64,000 bases of DNA from Neoconidiobolus thromboides FSU 785 (Eukaryota; Fungi; Entomophthoromycota), in contig MU626269.1 in assembly GCA_025603075.1 (NCBI GenBank), positions 124,001 to 188,000 of the forward strand. The letters run 5' to 3'. The position numbers and the translations under genes are program-made. The notes below the pieces were generated by a model. The model made no database searches. It had not been told where the DNA came from and was given only the letters and a program-made list of their open reading frames with translations. This document shows, piece by piece, positions 37,990 to 48,999 of the stretch (position 1 is the first letter of the stretch; every line of letters starts with the position of its first letter).

Positions 37990-38200
37990 TCTTAAATCTT
38001 AAATCATTCGTTGGTAAATAGTTTAATAATCTATATATTTAAACAATCTATATATTTAAACATAACCCTTGTAATAAATATTGACTTTATAACTAAGCTT
38101 TAAATGTTATCCCTGTTTATGTTATTATCGTGATGTACTTCTGGCTGTTCAATGAATTAACTAAAAGTCTATTACAGTATTTATTTACCAGATCAAAAGA

Positions 38201-38390
38201 TAATAAACTGGATAACATTAATAGTATTGATACAATAAATATCCCAAGGTTTATAACCAATCAAATGTTTAAATTCTGAGATCCACCAATTGTTCTTGTT
38301 TTTCAACTATATCTACATTTATCTAAAACCCACAAGGTTCAAATTTACTAAAAACTTTCCTCCCTAAAAAAAAGTAAAAACATAGTATTT
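38201..38390 (+). promoter_or_regulatory. Conserved upstream region of U6 copy 1 (candidate Pol III upstream promoter)
   Basis: Aligns with the reverse complement of 48811-48999; CCCACAAGG at -62..-54 in both copies. Confidence 0.5.
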
Positions 38391-38421
38391 GTCCCTAGGG
38401 GCAACCTTAGGGACACTTGAC

Positions 38422-38452
<31 letters not shown>

Positions 38453-38515
38453 GGCCCCTGCACAAGGATGACACGTAAATCTTGAGTGGACACCCTCTTC
38501 GGAGGACTTTTTTTT
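38391..38515 (+). ncRNA. U6: U6 spliceosomal snRNA, copy 1
   Basis: AAAATTGGAACGATACAGAGAAGATTAGCATGGCCCCTGCACAAGGATGACACG (ACAGAGA box, AGC triad, ISL); 5' stem-loop; terminal T8. Confidence 0.97.
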
Positions 38516-38767
38516 ACATTGAGTTTTAGGGATGATAAAAGTAAATGTGAGGAAAAAGTAATAGAATGTGAAGTGATAACAAGAGTTCAAATTCATTTTC
38601 AAAAAAAGGTAGCTAAAATAAGCATCTATTTTTTTATGAAGTTTTTTTGTTATCAAAAACGTATTAGAAATAGGGCTAGTAATTATTTTTTTTAATGAGA
38701 TAATATTTTGATAGTAATAAATTAAAAACAAACGCTTTAAAGCAAACTTTTTATTTCCAACTTATCT

Positions 38768-39862
38768 TCATTCTGTAACCCTCCTATTAGCCACTTGGGA
38801 AGGAAATGTAATATCCACGACTCTAAAAGGATCTGGTGCATTCCATTCACAATACGAAATACTGCCTTTTTTCTTTTTGGAATCTAAATCATTATAACAT
38901 GGTTTTTCTACTCCAATTCTAGCTTCATAGACTTTACGATGACTACGAATAGTACAAATAATTACAGTAACTATAATAGCTATAGTTATAATAAGACTTA
39001 ATATTATACTTAGTATTAAAATCAATTGATCATTTTTAGATGAGGGTGGAGAGGGCGTAATGGTTGGTATTGATATCGTAGTTATTTGCTTTTCATTAGT
39101 TATTAAATTTAAATTAGTTTTAATATTTAAATTTAATGTAGTTAAATTTTCATGTTTATTGAAATAACATAGACTTTCTTTAGGTTGATAATTGGACAAT
39201 GTTAAGTTTAACGTGGTAGCTTCAAAAGTGTTAATATTCCATAATGTAAAATTGGAGTTATTGATATATGTTAATAAATTATCCGAATCTAATATTAATA
39301 ATTGCTGGTCAATGTTATTATTTATAATCAATTTGCTATTTCCTTGTTTTATTATGGAATACCCTAAATGACTATCTAAACTCACCCCATCTATTACATT
39401 GATTTGTAAACTCTTTAAATCTAATTGTATTAAACTAGAGTTTGATTTTAACATACCATATATTGACATTTGCTCTTTATCATTAAATTTAGTATCTAAT
39501 ACCCAGTCGATCTCATTATCCAAAGTTTTAATATTAATATCATCTCCTTGTAATCTCAATATTAAATTATTACTTAATAATAATTTATTTTGATCATTAA
39601 CTACTTTAACTTTCCATAAAGAATCTTCAATAGATAATTGAGATAAAGAATATGTATTTAATTTATTTATTATATCTGAGTCCATTTCAATTTTGTATTC
39701 ATTAATCACTTGTTCTCTTTTATCATAGGAATATAAATAATTATCACCTTCTACTGGATTATTACAACCTAATATTATCTCTTTATTACGATCATTATGA
39801 TTGATTGATAATTGTAATGTTGGTAATATATACATAAATAATGCTAATAATCTAAATAACAT
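38768..39862 (-). CDS. Predicted type-I membrane protein (signal peptide, Asn/Ile-rich ectodomain, single TM, short tail), function unknown
   Basis: 364-codon ORF; hydrophobic N-terminus; TM 'LILILSIILSLIITIAIIVTVIICTI' followed by basic residues. Confidence 0.75.
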   Translation of the reverse strand: MLFRLLALFMYILPTLQLSINHNDRNKEIILGCNNPVEGDNYLYSYDKREQVINEYKIEMDSDIINKLNTYSLSQLSIEDSLWKVKVVNDQNKLLLSNNLILRLQGDDINIKTLDNEIDWVLDTKFNDKEQMSIYGMLKSNSSLIQLDLKSLQINVIDGVSLDSHLGYSIIKQGNSKLIINNNIDQQLLILDSDNLLTYINNSNFTLWNINTFEATTLNLTLSNYQPKESLCYFNKHENLTTLNLNIKTNLNLITNEKQITTISIPTITPSPPSSKNDQLILILSIILSLIITIAIIVTVIICTIRSHRKVYEARIGVEKPCYNDLDSKKKKGSISYCEWNAPDPFRVVDITFPSQVANRRVTE

Positions 39863-41896
39863 CTTAAATAATAATTTACAATAAGAATAATAAAGTCTAA
39901 AAATTGAATAAATTTTGTTTCTATTGTACTTGAATCTATTTTTTTATATAAATATTTTAACTACCCTTCATTCTGTAAAGGGGTAGTTACTAGTGGGGAA
40001 AGAAGAAATTTAATTTCATCCTGGAGTTAAAAATGGGGTAAAATGAATTTTAAATTTTTCTTTATTCTTTATCTATGTTAATAGAGTATTAAGGAATAAT
40101 AAGATTTAATGAATATATAATTGTTTTAATTTATTTAATTTTTAATAATGTTTTAATTTATTTTAATAGTTTATTTATTATTATTTATTTAATTTGATTT
40201 GATTTTATGTTTTAATGACTTTTTACTTTTAGTTTCCAACATTAAAATAATTTTCATTCAAATATCTAAATTTAGTTTGAAAATACCTAAAAACAAAAAG
40301 GAGTGAGAATAACTTTTCTTAAAAAATTTCATCCAACCCACCTTAAATCCGTATCATTAAAATAAGTAGCTACAACTGTTGCAATTGGTTTGTGATAAAA
40401 TTAACTGCTCATTTAGAAAACATTGACACTAAAATTTGATTATAACATAACGAATAGCTTTAATAAGTTAGATGCATAAATAGTTTAATTGCAAAAATTA
40501 TTACTAGAAATATCTTAAAAGAGTTGTAATAATGTATCCTTATTCAAACTCTCCTAATTAAAAAAAAGTATGAGGTATCCCTGTTTTTTTATTTAGTTTT
40601 AAGATATTATTTGATACTATTAATCATAGAATGAGTATGTTTTAACCCCTTCTATAGTTTTATTATTGTTGGGTTTATTAGAGTTTTTGATTTTATTCAA
40701 AGGAATTATTTTATTTTTTTGTATTTTATAAATACATGTCGAGGATAGCAATTATTTAATAAGGATTCGAATTTAATATAATACTTTGGAAGACAAGTTA
40801 GAACTAAACTACAGATTAGACAACAAGTGAGTTTCAACAATTCAGAGAGTTGATATTAAATAACTTAATAAGTTATTAGTAATTACTTCATCTTCTTTTT
40901 AGAAGAACAATTTATAGTCTGTGAAAAATCGAAGTCAAAACCCTGTCAGTTATGGGTAGATAACGACTTGAAGCATTTAAGCACATAACGGAATTAATCT
41001 ATTTTTTCAACAATATTTTTAGCTATTTCATTAAATATATTGTCAAGTTTATATTTAGTTTAAGAAATAAAACGAGATTTTAGCTTCAATAATTGTTGTA
41101 AACTTTTATACTTTTACTATATTCAATTGAATTAAAATAATAAATCTTCATTTTAAAGTTTTTATTTTTATTTGAATCGAACATTTTTCAGTTATGTTTA
41201 TTATATTAAAAAACAAATAAACTATACAATTACTAGCTTTTTTTACTGAGCTTATAGAATCGGATTTGGAATAAAAAGATCAATATTAACAATATTAAGA
41301 ATCATATTATTTTTGTTAAACTTCTTAAACTTCTCCCTTTCATTACTCAACTTTCCCAGAAGTATTAAAAAGGAATACTGGTTGATTGATTTATAACTCT
41401 TTTAATTTAAAATCAAACTTTTTCTATATTTTAGTTTTTTCACTAAAATATTTCTTTGTTTAGATTGAAATTACCAGATCACTTAACTTTAAAATTTACA
41501 AAACACTTACCTTTGTATAAAATTTCTAATACTGTTTTGTTTTTGTTTCAATTTTATAAAATTACATTTTGCTATTTATTTTACCTTTACTTCCTATTCT
41601 GCTAAAGTTGAAAATTCGATTAATTTTGAAATGTTATAGAAAATAAAAATTCAATGGGATGTTAAATGTAAGATACTAGACATATTCACTTACGTGATAC
41701 ATATTAGATATCATGAAAATATTAGAATGATTTTGTTTTAATAAATATAAAAGTTAAAGTATAAGAATAAAGATAAATAACTTAATTCATTAATTATTTA
41801 TTAATACAGCATAGAATATGGAGTTTGAATATTTAGCAATCTAAAAAAGAAAAAATAAGTAACCATAATCAAAAATGTTTTGATCATTAAATTTAA

Positions 41897-42101
41897 AAGA
41901 TCAGACATCCAAGGAAGGTAATTGAAGTCCGTCATTAGGATACTTTTTATACGATAAAAGATAACTCAACTAAAGTTTCAGGAACACTCTTATTTCTAAG
42001 AAGCTCAACTTGCCCTCTAGGAATTTTTCTTAAATCAAAAAGTAATAATTTTCCTTACGGTGGAAACTGCGAAGTTTGAAACGAATCAATCATCATTTCG
42101 A
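41897..42101 (-). ncRNA. U14: U14 (snR128) box C/D snoRNA, enlarged
   Basis: Box C ATGATGA (42096-42090); domain A TTCGCAGTTTCCACCG; domain B CCTTCCTTGGATGT; box D CTGA (41904-41901). Confidence 0.92.
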
Positions 42102-42269
42102 TATTGGAGTTACAAGTAAAAAAGATACTTACCATTTAGTTTAAATTAACGACACCCAAGTAGTTTTGTTACATATTTACAAGTAATTTATTAGTCATTA
42201 GACAATATTATCTATAAAAAAGTATGTTAATAAATGAACTTAAAACAATTAAGATGTATTTTATAATAA

Positions 42270-42384
42270 TTAATCAGTAGGTCAACTGGCTAAAGTTACA
42301 TCCCTCTCAGCAAAGAGGGAGCTTGGTTATCAACATGATCGATATGATAAATATTGAAGACAAATGGTTTTTTCATCACTTTGA
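42270..42384 (-). ncRNA. Candidate box C/D snoRNA upstream of U14
   Basis: Box C GTGATGA (42379-42373); box D CTGA (42277-42274); perfect 7-bp internal hairpin TCCCTCT/AGAGGGA; lies in a GT-AG intron with the same donor-to-box-C spacing as U14. Confidence 0.65.
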
Positions 42385-43095
42385 TAAAATTGAATTGAAA
42401 TTGAGAAAATTACTTACTTTTAATCAACTATGGGGGATAACGAAGACATTGGATTAACCCTTACAGAACACAATAAGGTGCTTTTGTAAAATGTTAAAAC
42501 TGTAAAGTTAAATTGAAAAATTAGACTTCTTTTATACTTTTTAGTAGGATTAAGTTCATTTGAATTACCCCTGTAAGCCAAATAGAAAGCTTTTAATTGG
42601 TGGAAAAAATTTTGCTCACTAAAAGATTTGGATTATTAAAGTTAAAAATTGAAATTTAATTGGTTGATGATTGGCTTTAAGAGAATCGATAAAAATGTCA
42701 ATGGGATTTTATTTAAGAATAAATAATAGATTGAAAAAATTCAAAATGAATTGAAGCTTTAAGAAATTTATCAAATCCAAATTTTTAAGAATTTGAATAT
42801 TAAAACGTAATGAATTCCACTTTTTATCAATTCTAATTTAAAAATTTAATGACTCTATCAAAAAGAACATCCAAAAAATCAAATTCACCAAATTTAGTAA
42901 TTTCAAGTTCTTATATACTTTAAATAAATGATAATAATAGGATCTATTAATTAATTGAATTAATTAATGATAAATACCATAAAATAGTTTAATACAAATA
43001 AATAGGAGAATTAATCACTTATTTAACAATAACTTTTAATTTCTATTTTTTCAAATACTTCCACATCACTCCTCACATCGTCAACTTAACATAAT

Positions 43096-44502
43096 ATGAG
43101 CTATAAATTAAGTTTATTATTTCTCTTTCTTAGTCACTTTTCATCAATAGTAAGTCAATTAGGCGATGAATTTAGTTTTGGCAGTTGTAATTTAGTTAAA
43201 GATCAAATTTATTATTTTGGTGGAAAACAGCAAAGTATAAAAGAGAATTCAACAGAAGATAACAATACAATCATTAAATTAATGTTAAAAAATCATATGA
43301 ATATTAATCAACCTAAAAGTATTCGAATTGAACAAAAGAAACAGGAACTCAAACTAGGTAGTAAAATAAAAAGTCAATCAATTGAAGATAAAATATATTT
43401 ATTTGGTGGAGAAAATGTAAAATTTGAAGAATGTTTCAAAGTATATGATATCAAGAAGGATAAATTAGAAACAATTCAACCCTTTGATAAGAGGGAATTA
43501 TTTTCAGATATTCAATTAAAAAAAGATACATGTATTACTTCATTTATAATGGAAGCTAATAAAGAGAATATTATATTAATTGGCGGTAAATATAAGGATA
43601 ATAAAAATAAAGAATATTTAATAAATAAAATAATTAATTATAATATTAAGTCAAAGAAATGGAGTTTATTTAAAACTAATTTTACAACAACAGAAGCAAC
43701 ATCAGTTTTATATCAAGATCAAATCTATTTATTAGGTAATAAAGGATTAGATAATAAATTAATGTTTGGCTTAGATAAATTAGTTAGCTATAATTTAAAA
43801 AATAATAAAATTAATATAGAACAAATTGAAGTTAATATAAAAGAAACGGATTTTACACCAGTTAATTCTATTTTAATTAAAGATCAATGTATATTATTTG
43901 ATAATAATAAATATTCTTCATCAATAGTTATATATGATTTTAAAAAGAAGAATTATATAATAAAACAAATATTAGGTTATAATTATAATAATAGTTGTTT
44001 AATTCAATATAAACAATATATTATTAATTTATTTGGTAATTTAAATAGAAATAATCCATTGAATTTACAATTCATAAATACTAATCAATATCAGTTTAGT
44101 AATCAATTAATATTAGAAGAGAATTCAATTTCAATAAAAGATAATAATACATTAATTAAGCGTAATTTTACAACTGAAGATATTAAAATAACTCGATATG
44201 ATATAGCAGATTCCTCATTAGAACCTGGTTTAATTATGACGATTTCCTTTGTTTCTATTTTTGCAAGTTTATTAGTTGCTTTTATTATAACAGTATTATT
44301 ATCAAATCCAGTAGATAAATCTAATTTTAGTTATAATCAATCTTTAAATTTTAGTAAACATAATTTATCAAATAATAATATTAATATAATTAAGAATGAA
44401 GAAAATAGTCAAGATATGAATGATTATTTAAATTGGTTAAATCAACCTAATAATAATAATAATACATTAAATATTCCTTTAGATACTTTAAATAAAAAAT
44501 AA
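43096..44502 (+). CDS. Kelch-repeat type-I membrane protein
   Basis: Signal peptide; repeats IYYFGG, IYLFGG, IILIGG, IYLLG; TM 'LIMTISFVSIFASLLVAFIITVLL'. Confidence 0.8.
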   Translation: MSYKLSLLFLFLSHFSSIVSQLGDEFSFGSCNLVKDQIYYFGGKQQSIKENSTEDNNTIIKLMLKNHMNINQPKSIRIEQKKQELKLGSKIKSQSIEDKIYLFGGENVKFEECFKVYDIKKDKLETIQPFDKRELFSDIQLKKDTCITSFIMEANKENIILIGGKYKDNKNKEYLINKIINYNIKSKKWSLFKTNFTTTEATSVLYQDQIYLLGNKGLDNKLMFGLDKLVSYNLKNNKINIEQIEVNIKETDFTPVNSILIKDQCILFDNNKYSSSIVIYDFKKKNYIIKQILGYNYNNSCLIQYKQYIINLFGNLNRNNPLNLQFINTNQYQFSNQLILEENSISIKDNNTLIKRNFTTEDIKITRYDIADSSLEPGLIMTISFVSIFASLLVAFIITVLLSNPVDKSNFSYNQSLNFSKHNLSNNNINIIKNEENSQDMNDYLNWLNQPNNNNNTLNIPLDTLNKK

Positions 44503-44717
44503 GTTAATTAAATAAAATATTATTATTTTATATTTATATATATTATATATATTATATTTATTCTTTTTTTATTTATTTTTATCTTTATTTTTAATAGTTT
44601 TATTTAGTAAATAATACGAATTTAATGATTAATTTTAATTCACTAAAAAATGACTACATCATTTAATAAACCCAAAGGTTGATTCTTTTTTTCATTCCTT
44701 CTTAAAAAGAAAAGAAA

Positions 44718-46915
44718 ATGTTATTAAAACGTCTACAATCTCATTCAACACTAGTAAAACGTAACTTTCAACCGAAATCTTACTTTCGATTCATCCATAA
44801 TATTCCACTTTCTAATCATATTAATCAATTTGAATCTATACTTTCATCAACACAAATAATTTATAATGATAAAGAAAGATTATCTACTTATAATTTAGAT
44901 TGGATGGGTAAATATATTGGAAATTCTTCTTTAGTATTATTACCTAAGACTACTCAACAAGTATCTGAAATATTAAAATATTGTTATGAAAATAAGTAAG
45001 TTATTATAATAAAATAATAAAATAATAAAATAATGAATTAATATTAATGATGATTTTTATAGTTTACCAGTAGTACCCCAAGGAGGTAATACTGGTTTGG
45101 TTGGTAAGTTATAACTTGGTTTTCATTTAATGTCTATTAGCTCTCTTATTTATTTATCCCTCTTTTACAGGAGGCAGTGTTCCTATTGGAGAAGAGATCA
45201 TCTTATCTTTAAGTAAAATGAATAAGATTTTAGATATTGATACAGTAAGTGGTAACATAACATGTGAAGCTGGATGTATATTGGAAACTTTAAATACAAC
45301 TTTAAATAAAAATGGATTAATGATGCCACTAGATTTAGGTGCTAAAGGAAGGTAAGTTTTAAAATAAAAGCTAGATTTTCTGATTTATTATCATTTAAAT
45401 GGATTAATTAATTTTTTAAAATGTTGTTTATTCTGATCAATATTATATTATATTAATGAATATATTATTTATTTTAGTTGTCAAATTGGGGGTAATTTAT
45501 CCACTAATGCAGGTGGATTAAGGTATCTTCGATATGGTTCTTTACATGGTAATATATTAGGCTTAGAAGTGGTAAATAGTTATTACTCTATACTTTATTA
45601 AATCAAATTAAATTAAATTAATATAGGTATTAGCTAATGGGACTATATTAAATAATTTATCTACATTAAGAAAAGATAATACAGGTAAATAAAATAATAT
45701 ACAATAATCATACTTAATAATAATATATTTGTTTTATAATTAAAATTATATAGGTTATGATCTTAAACAATTATTTATTGGTTCAGAAGGTACTCTTGGT
45801 GTTATAACAAAAGCTTGTCTAATTACTCCACCATTACCAAAGGTAATATTAAATTAATAATATATTAATGATAGTATAAAATAGAATAAAATTACATTAT
45901 AGGCCATCAATATAGCATTGTTGGGGATTCATGATTTTTCAAAAGTAATGGAATGTTATAAATTAACTCGAAGTTATTTAGGAGAAATATTATCAGGTAA
46001 ATACTATTATCTATATTCTATTATTCTATTATTCTATTATTCTATTATTCTATTATTCTATTATTCTATTATTTATTTTATTATTCTATTATTTTTATAT
46101 ATTAATTATTTAATATTTCAATTATTTAGCATTTGAATTTTTTGATCAAGATAGTTTAAGTTTAGTTAAAAAAAACTTTAATTTACCCTCTCCGTTAACA
46201 GATGATTTTCCATATTATATTTTAATTGAAACTCATGGCTCAAATAAAGAACATGATGATGAGGTAAATATTATATTAGTTATAATATTTATATTTATAT
46301 TTATTTTAGAAATTAAATAAATTATTAGAAGTATTAATGGAAAAAGAAATAGCATCAGATGGTACATTAGCACAAGATTATCAACAGGTAATTTTAATTT
46401 AAAATAATCATACATAATTGATAATTAATATAATCAAGATGAATAAATTATGGAAATATCGAGAAGATATCTCTGAATCTGTTGTTAAACATGGGCAACC
46501 TTATAAATATGATTTCTCTGTACCTTTACCCTATTTTTATGAAATTGTGTTAAAAGTAAGAGAATATCTCAAATCTAAAGGGTATTATTTAGGTTATAAT
46601 CATCCAGGATCTCCAGTAAATGGGGTAGTTGGATTTGGACATATCGGTGATTCGAATTTACATTTAAATATTACTGTGGATAGAAAGTATTTGAAAGAAA
46701 ATGAAAATTTAGATTTTAAAAAAGTATTAGAACCTTTTGTATTTGAACTAGTAAATAAATATAAAGGTTCAATTTCTGCTGAACATGGTATGGGTCAACA
46801 AAAAAATAAATTTATGAATTATTCTAAGAGTGAACAGAATATTGAAATAATGAAATCGATTAAAAAGTTGTTAGATCCGAAAAATATATTAAATCCAAAC
46901 AAAGTATTACCTTGA
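44718..46915 (+). CDS. DLD2: Mitochondrial D-2-hydroxyglutarate/D-lactate dehydrogenase (FAD-linked oxidase), multi-exon
   Basis: Mitochondrial-type N-terminus; [15 protein letters not shown]; [22 protein letters not shown]; [22 protein letters not shown]; [11 protein letters not shown]; GSISAEHG. Confidence 0.93.
46016..46070. repeat. (TTCTATTA)n tandem repeat in a DLD2 intron
   Basis: About 7 tandem octamers read directly. Confidence 0.8.
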
Positions 46916-46992
46916 GATTCAGAATTTTTTTTGCTAAAAATGAAATAAACAAATTTATCAAAGAACAGAATAAATCAATATGATTTTTATTT

Positions 46993-48198
46993 TTATAAAT
47001 TTTCCCAAAATTTTAATATTCCTTTAGAATACATTTGAAATAATGGAATACTATCATGTGTGGCATTTTTAACTTTAATAAATGCTAATTTTCTATCTTT
47101 TAATCTAAAATATTCTCCAACTGCTTCTTCTTTTTCAAATTTCCAATCTACTTTTTTAATATCTTTACTCTCATTAACTAACACTTCATCTTTCAATTGA
47201 ATTCCATGCTTTACTGGAATTAAATCATCTTTTTCTCCATGAAGAATTAATGTAGGTGACTTGATAGATTTAATAATCTTTTTCGTATCAAAAGGATGAT
47301 TGATTAAAGGGCTAACCTTGTTTTTTAACCATGGACTAAACATAACTGGATATAATAAAGGCACTACTCGAAATAATTTATATTCATACATAGCATCTGG
47401 AATGGAAGTATATGGAGCGGATAATACCAAAGATTTTGGTGATATACTCTTATCATTTAGATATTTAGTTAACTTACTAGCTACTCCAGTACCCAATGAA
47501 TGACCCATAATAGTAATTTGAGATTGTTTGACTCCTTTTTTAATGAGAAATTTCCATAGCGATAGACTATCCATAAAAAGACCCACTTCACTTGGTTTTC
47601 CTTCGGAATCGCCAAATCCACGATAGTCAAGGACAAGGACTTGGGTATGAAGGTTCAATGAGAGGTCAATATAGCTTGGATAACGTACTGAAGAAGCGCG
47701 GTTACCAGCATTACCATGAAGGAAGAGGATGATGGGTAAATTTTCGTCAAGTAAACTAGTTTCAAAGAATTTTTGTTGATTGATATCTTCATCATTAATA
47801 GTATTATTTAATTTTAGTAATAAATTAGTTTTAACTGATTTTGGTATGAAATGATAAACACCTTAATATTGTTAAAGAAAATGGAATTAAAAAATAAATT
47901 AAATAAACTAATTTGCTTTTAAATTTACCTAATTTATAACCTTCACTTTGTATATAAAAATTAAAAACTTCTAAATCTTTGTGAATGGTAAAATTTGTTG
48001 GGTCCGATAATAATGATTTGGCCGGAAAATTTAACCAGTTGAGGTAGACTAGACCACCTTGGAAAGGTTCAAAGATTAAGATAACTAATAAACCCTAAGA
48101 AACAGAATTCTAAAATATAATTATTATAACTTAGGAGTAATATTTACGACATAAAGTAATAATGCTATTAAAATATGTTTTAAGGTATTGAAAAACAT
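46993..48198 (-). CDS. ABHD12-like membrane-anchored alpha/beta hydrolase, multi-exon
   Basis: N-terminal TM; LVYLNWLNFP; LFLHGNAGNRA; DYRGFGDSEGKPSE; GHSLGTG; ILHGEKDDLIP; His in ATHDS. Confidence 0.88.
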
Positions 48199-48685
48199 AA
48201 TTGAGAGATAAATTAAATAGATTCTAATTGATATCTTTAATCCCTTTTTTTTGAAGTGAGGTAAATTTCATCATCTAGAATTTAATTTGTTCCATTCTTT
48301 TAAAAAAATTTAAAGCTTGATACTGGATGATACTATAGCTCCTTTAAGAAAATTGATGTTATGATTTGTCAAAATACAACAAATAAGCATAGAAAGATTA
48401 GTTCAAATAATGAATTCTAAAAATTACTATTAGAAAGTTGAAACAGCTATAGTTAAAATAAATTTAATATTGCAAATCCATTTTATAGAATTCACTTTGT
48501 TTTCAGTACTATTTTTAAATATTAAACAAATAATAGTAATAAAAATTTAATATCCATAATATGAAACCTTATTGATTTCATAACTTGCATTCTATTAAAC
48601 TTTTATTCTTTTCAAAAACTCTATCTAACAATCTCTTTATAATATCATAAGCTACATCTATTTCCAATTCCGAGAACTCAATATA

Positions 48686-48748
48686 AAAAAAAAGTCCTCC
48701 GAAGAGGGTGTCCACTCAAGATTTACGTGTCATCCTTGTGCAGGGGCC

Positions 48749-48779
<31 letters not shown>

Positions 48780-48810
48780 GTCAAGTGTCCCTAAGGTTGC
48801 CCCTAGGGAC
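48686..48810 (-). ncRNA. U6: U6 spliceosomal snRNA, copy 2
   Basis: Exact reverse complement of 38391-38507, followed by T9. Confidence 0.97.
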
Positions 48811-48999
48811 AAATACTATGTTTTTACTTTTTTTTAGAGAGGAAAGTTTTTAATAAATTTAAACCTTGTGGGTTTTAAATAAGTACAAATATAGTTGAAA
48901 AACAAGAACAATTGGTGAATCTCAGGATTTAAATATTTGATTGGTTATAAACCTTGGATATTTATTGTATCAATACTATTAATGCTATCTAGTTTATTT
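48811..48999 (-). promoter_or_regulatory. Conserved upstream region of U6 copy 2
   Basis: Inverted homolog of 38201-38390 with scattered substitutions. Confidence 0.5.

Noticed and set aside
38348-38731. ORFs 38348-38731 and 38486-38695
   Set aside because: They overlap the U6 gene and T/A-runs and show no protein-like features.
40760-41000. Exon/intron-like signals and a minus-strand CTGA with GC-richer upstream sequence
   Set aside because: No box C, and no recognisable peptide in any frame
42017-42058. GTAAGG...CCTAG inside U14 as a spliceosomal intron
   Set aside because: It is 42 nt with no clear branch point, and the GTA(A)GGA start matches the yeast Y-domain. Kept only as an alternative to test.
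42124-42134. ATACTTACC as a U1 snRNA 5' end
   Set aside because: It is simply the reverse complement of the host-gene splice donor; no U1 stem-loops follow.
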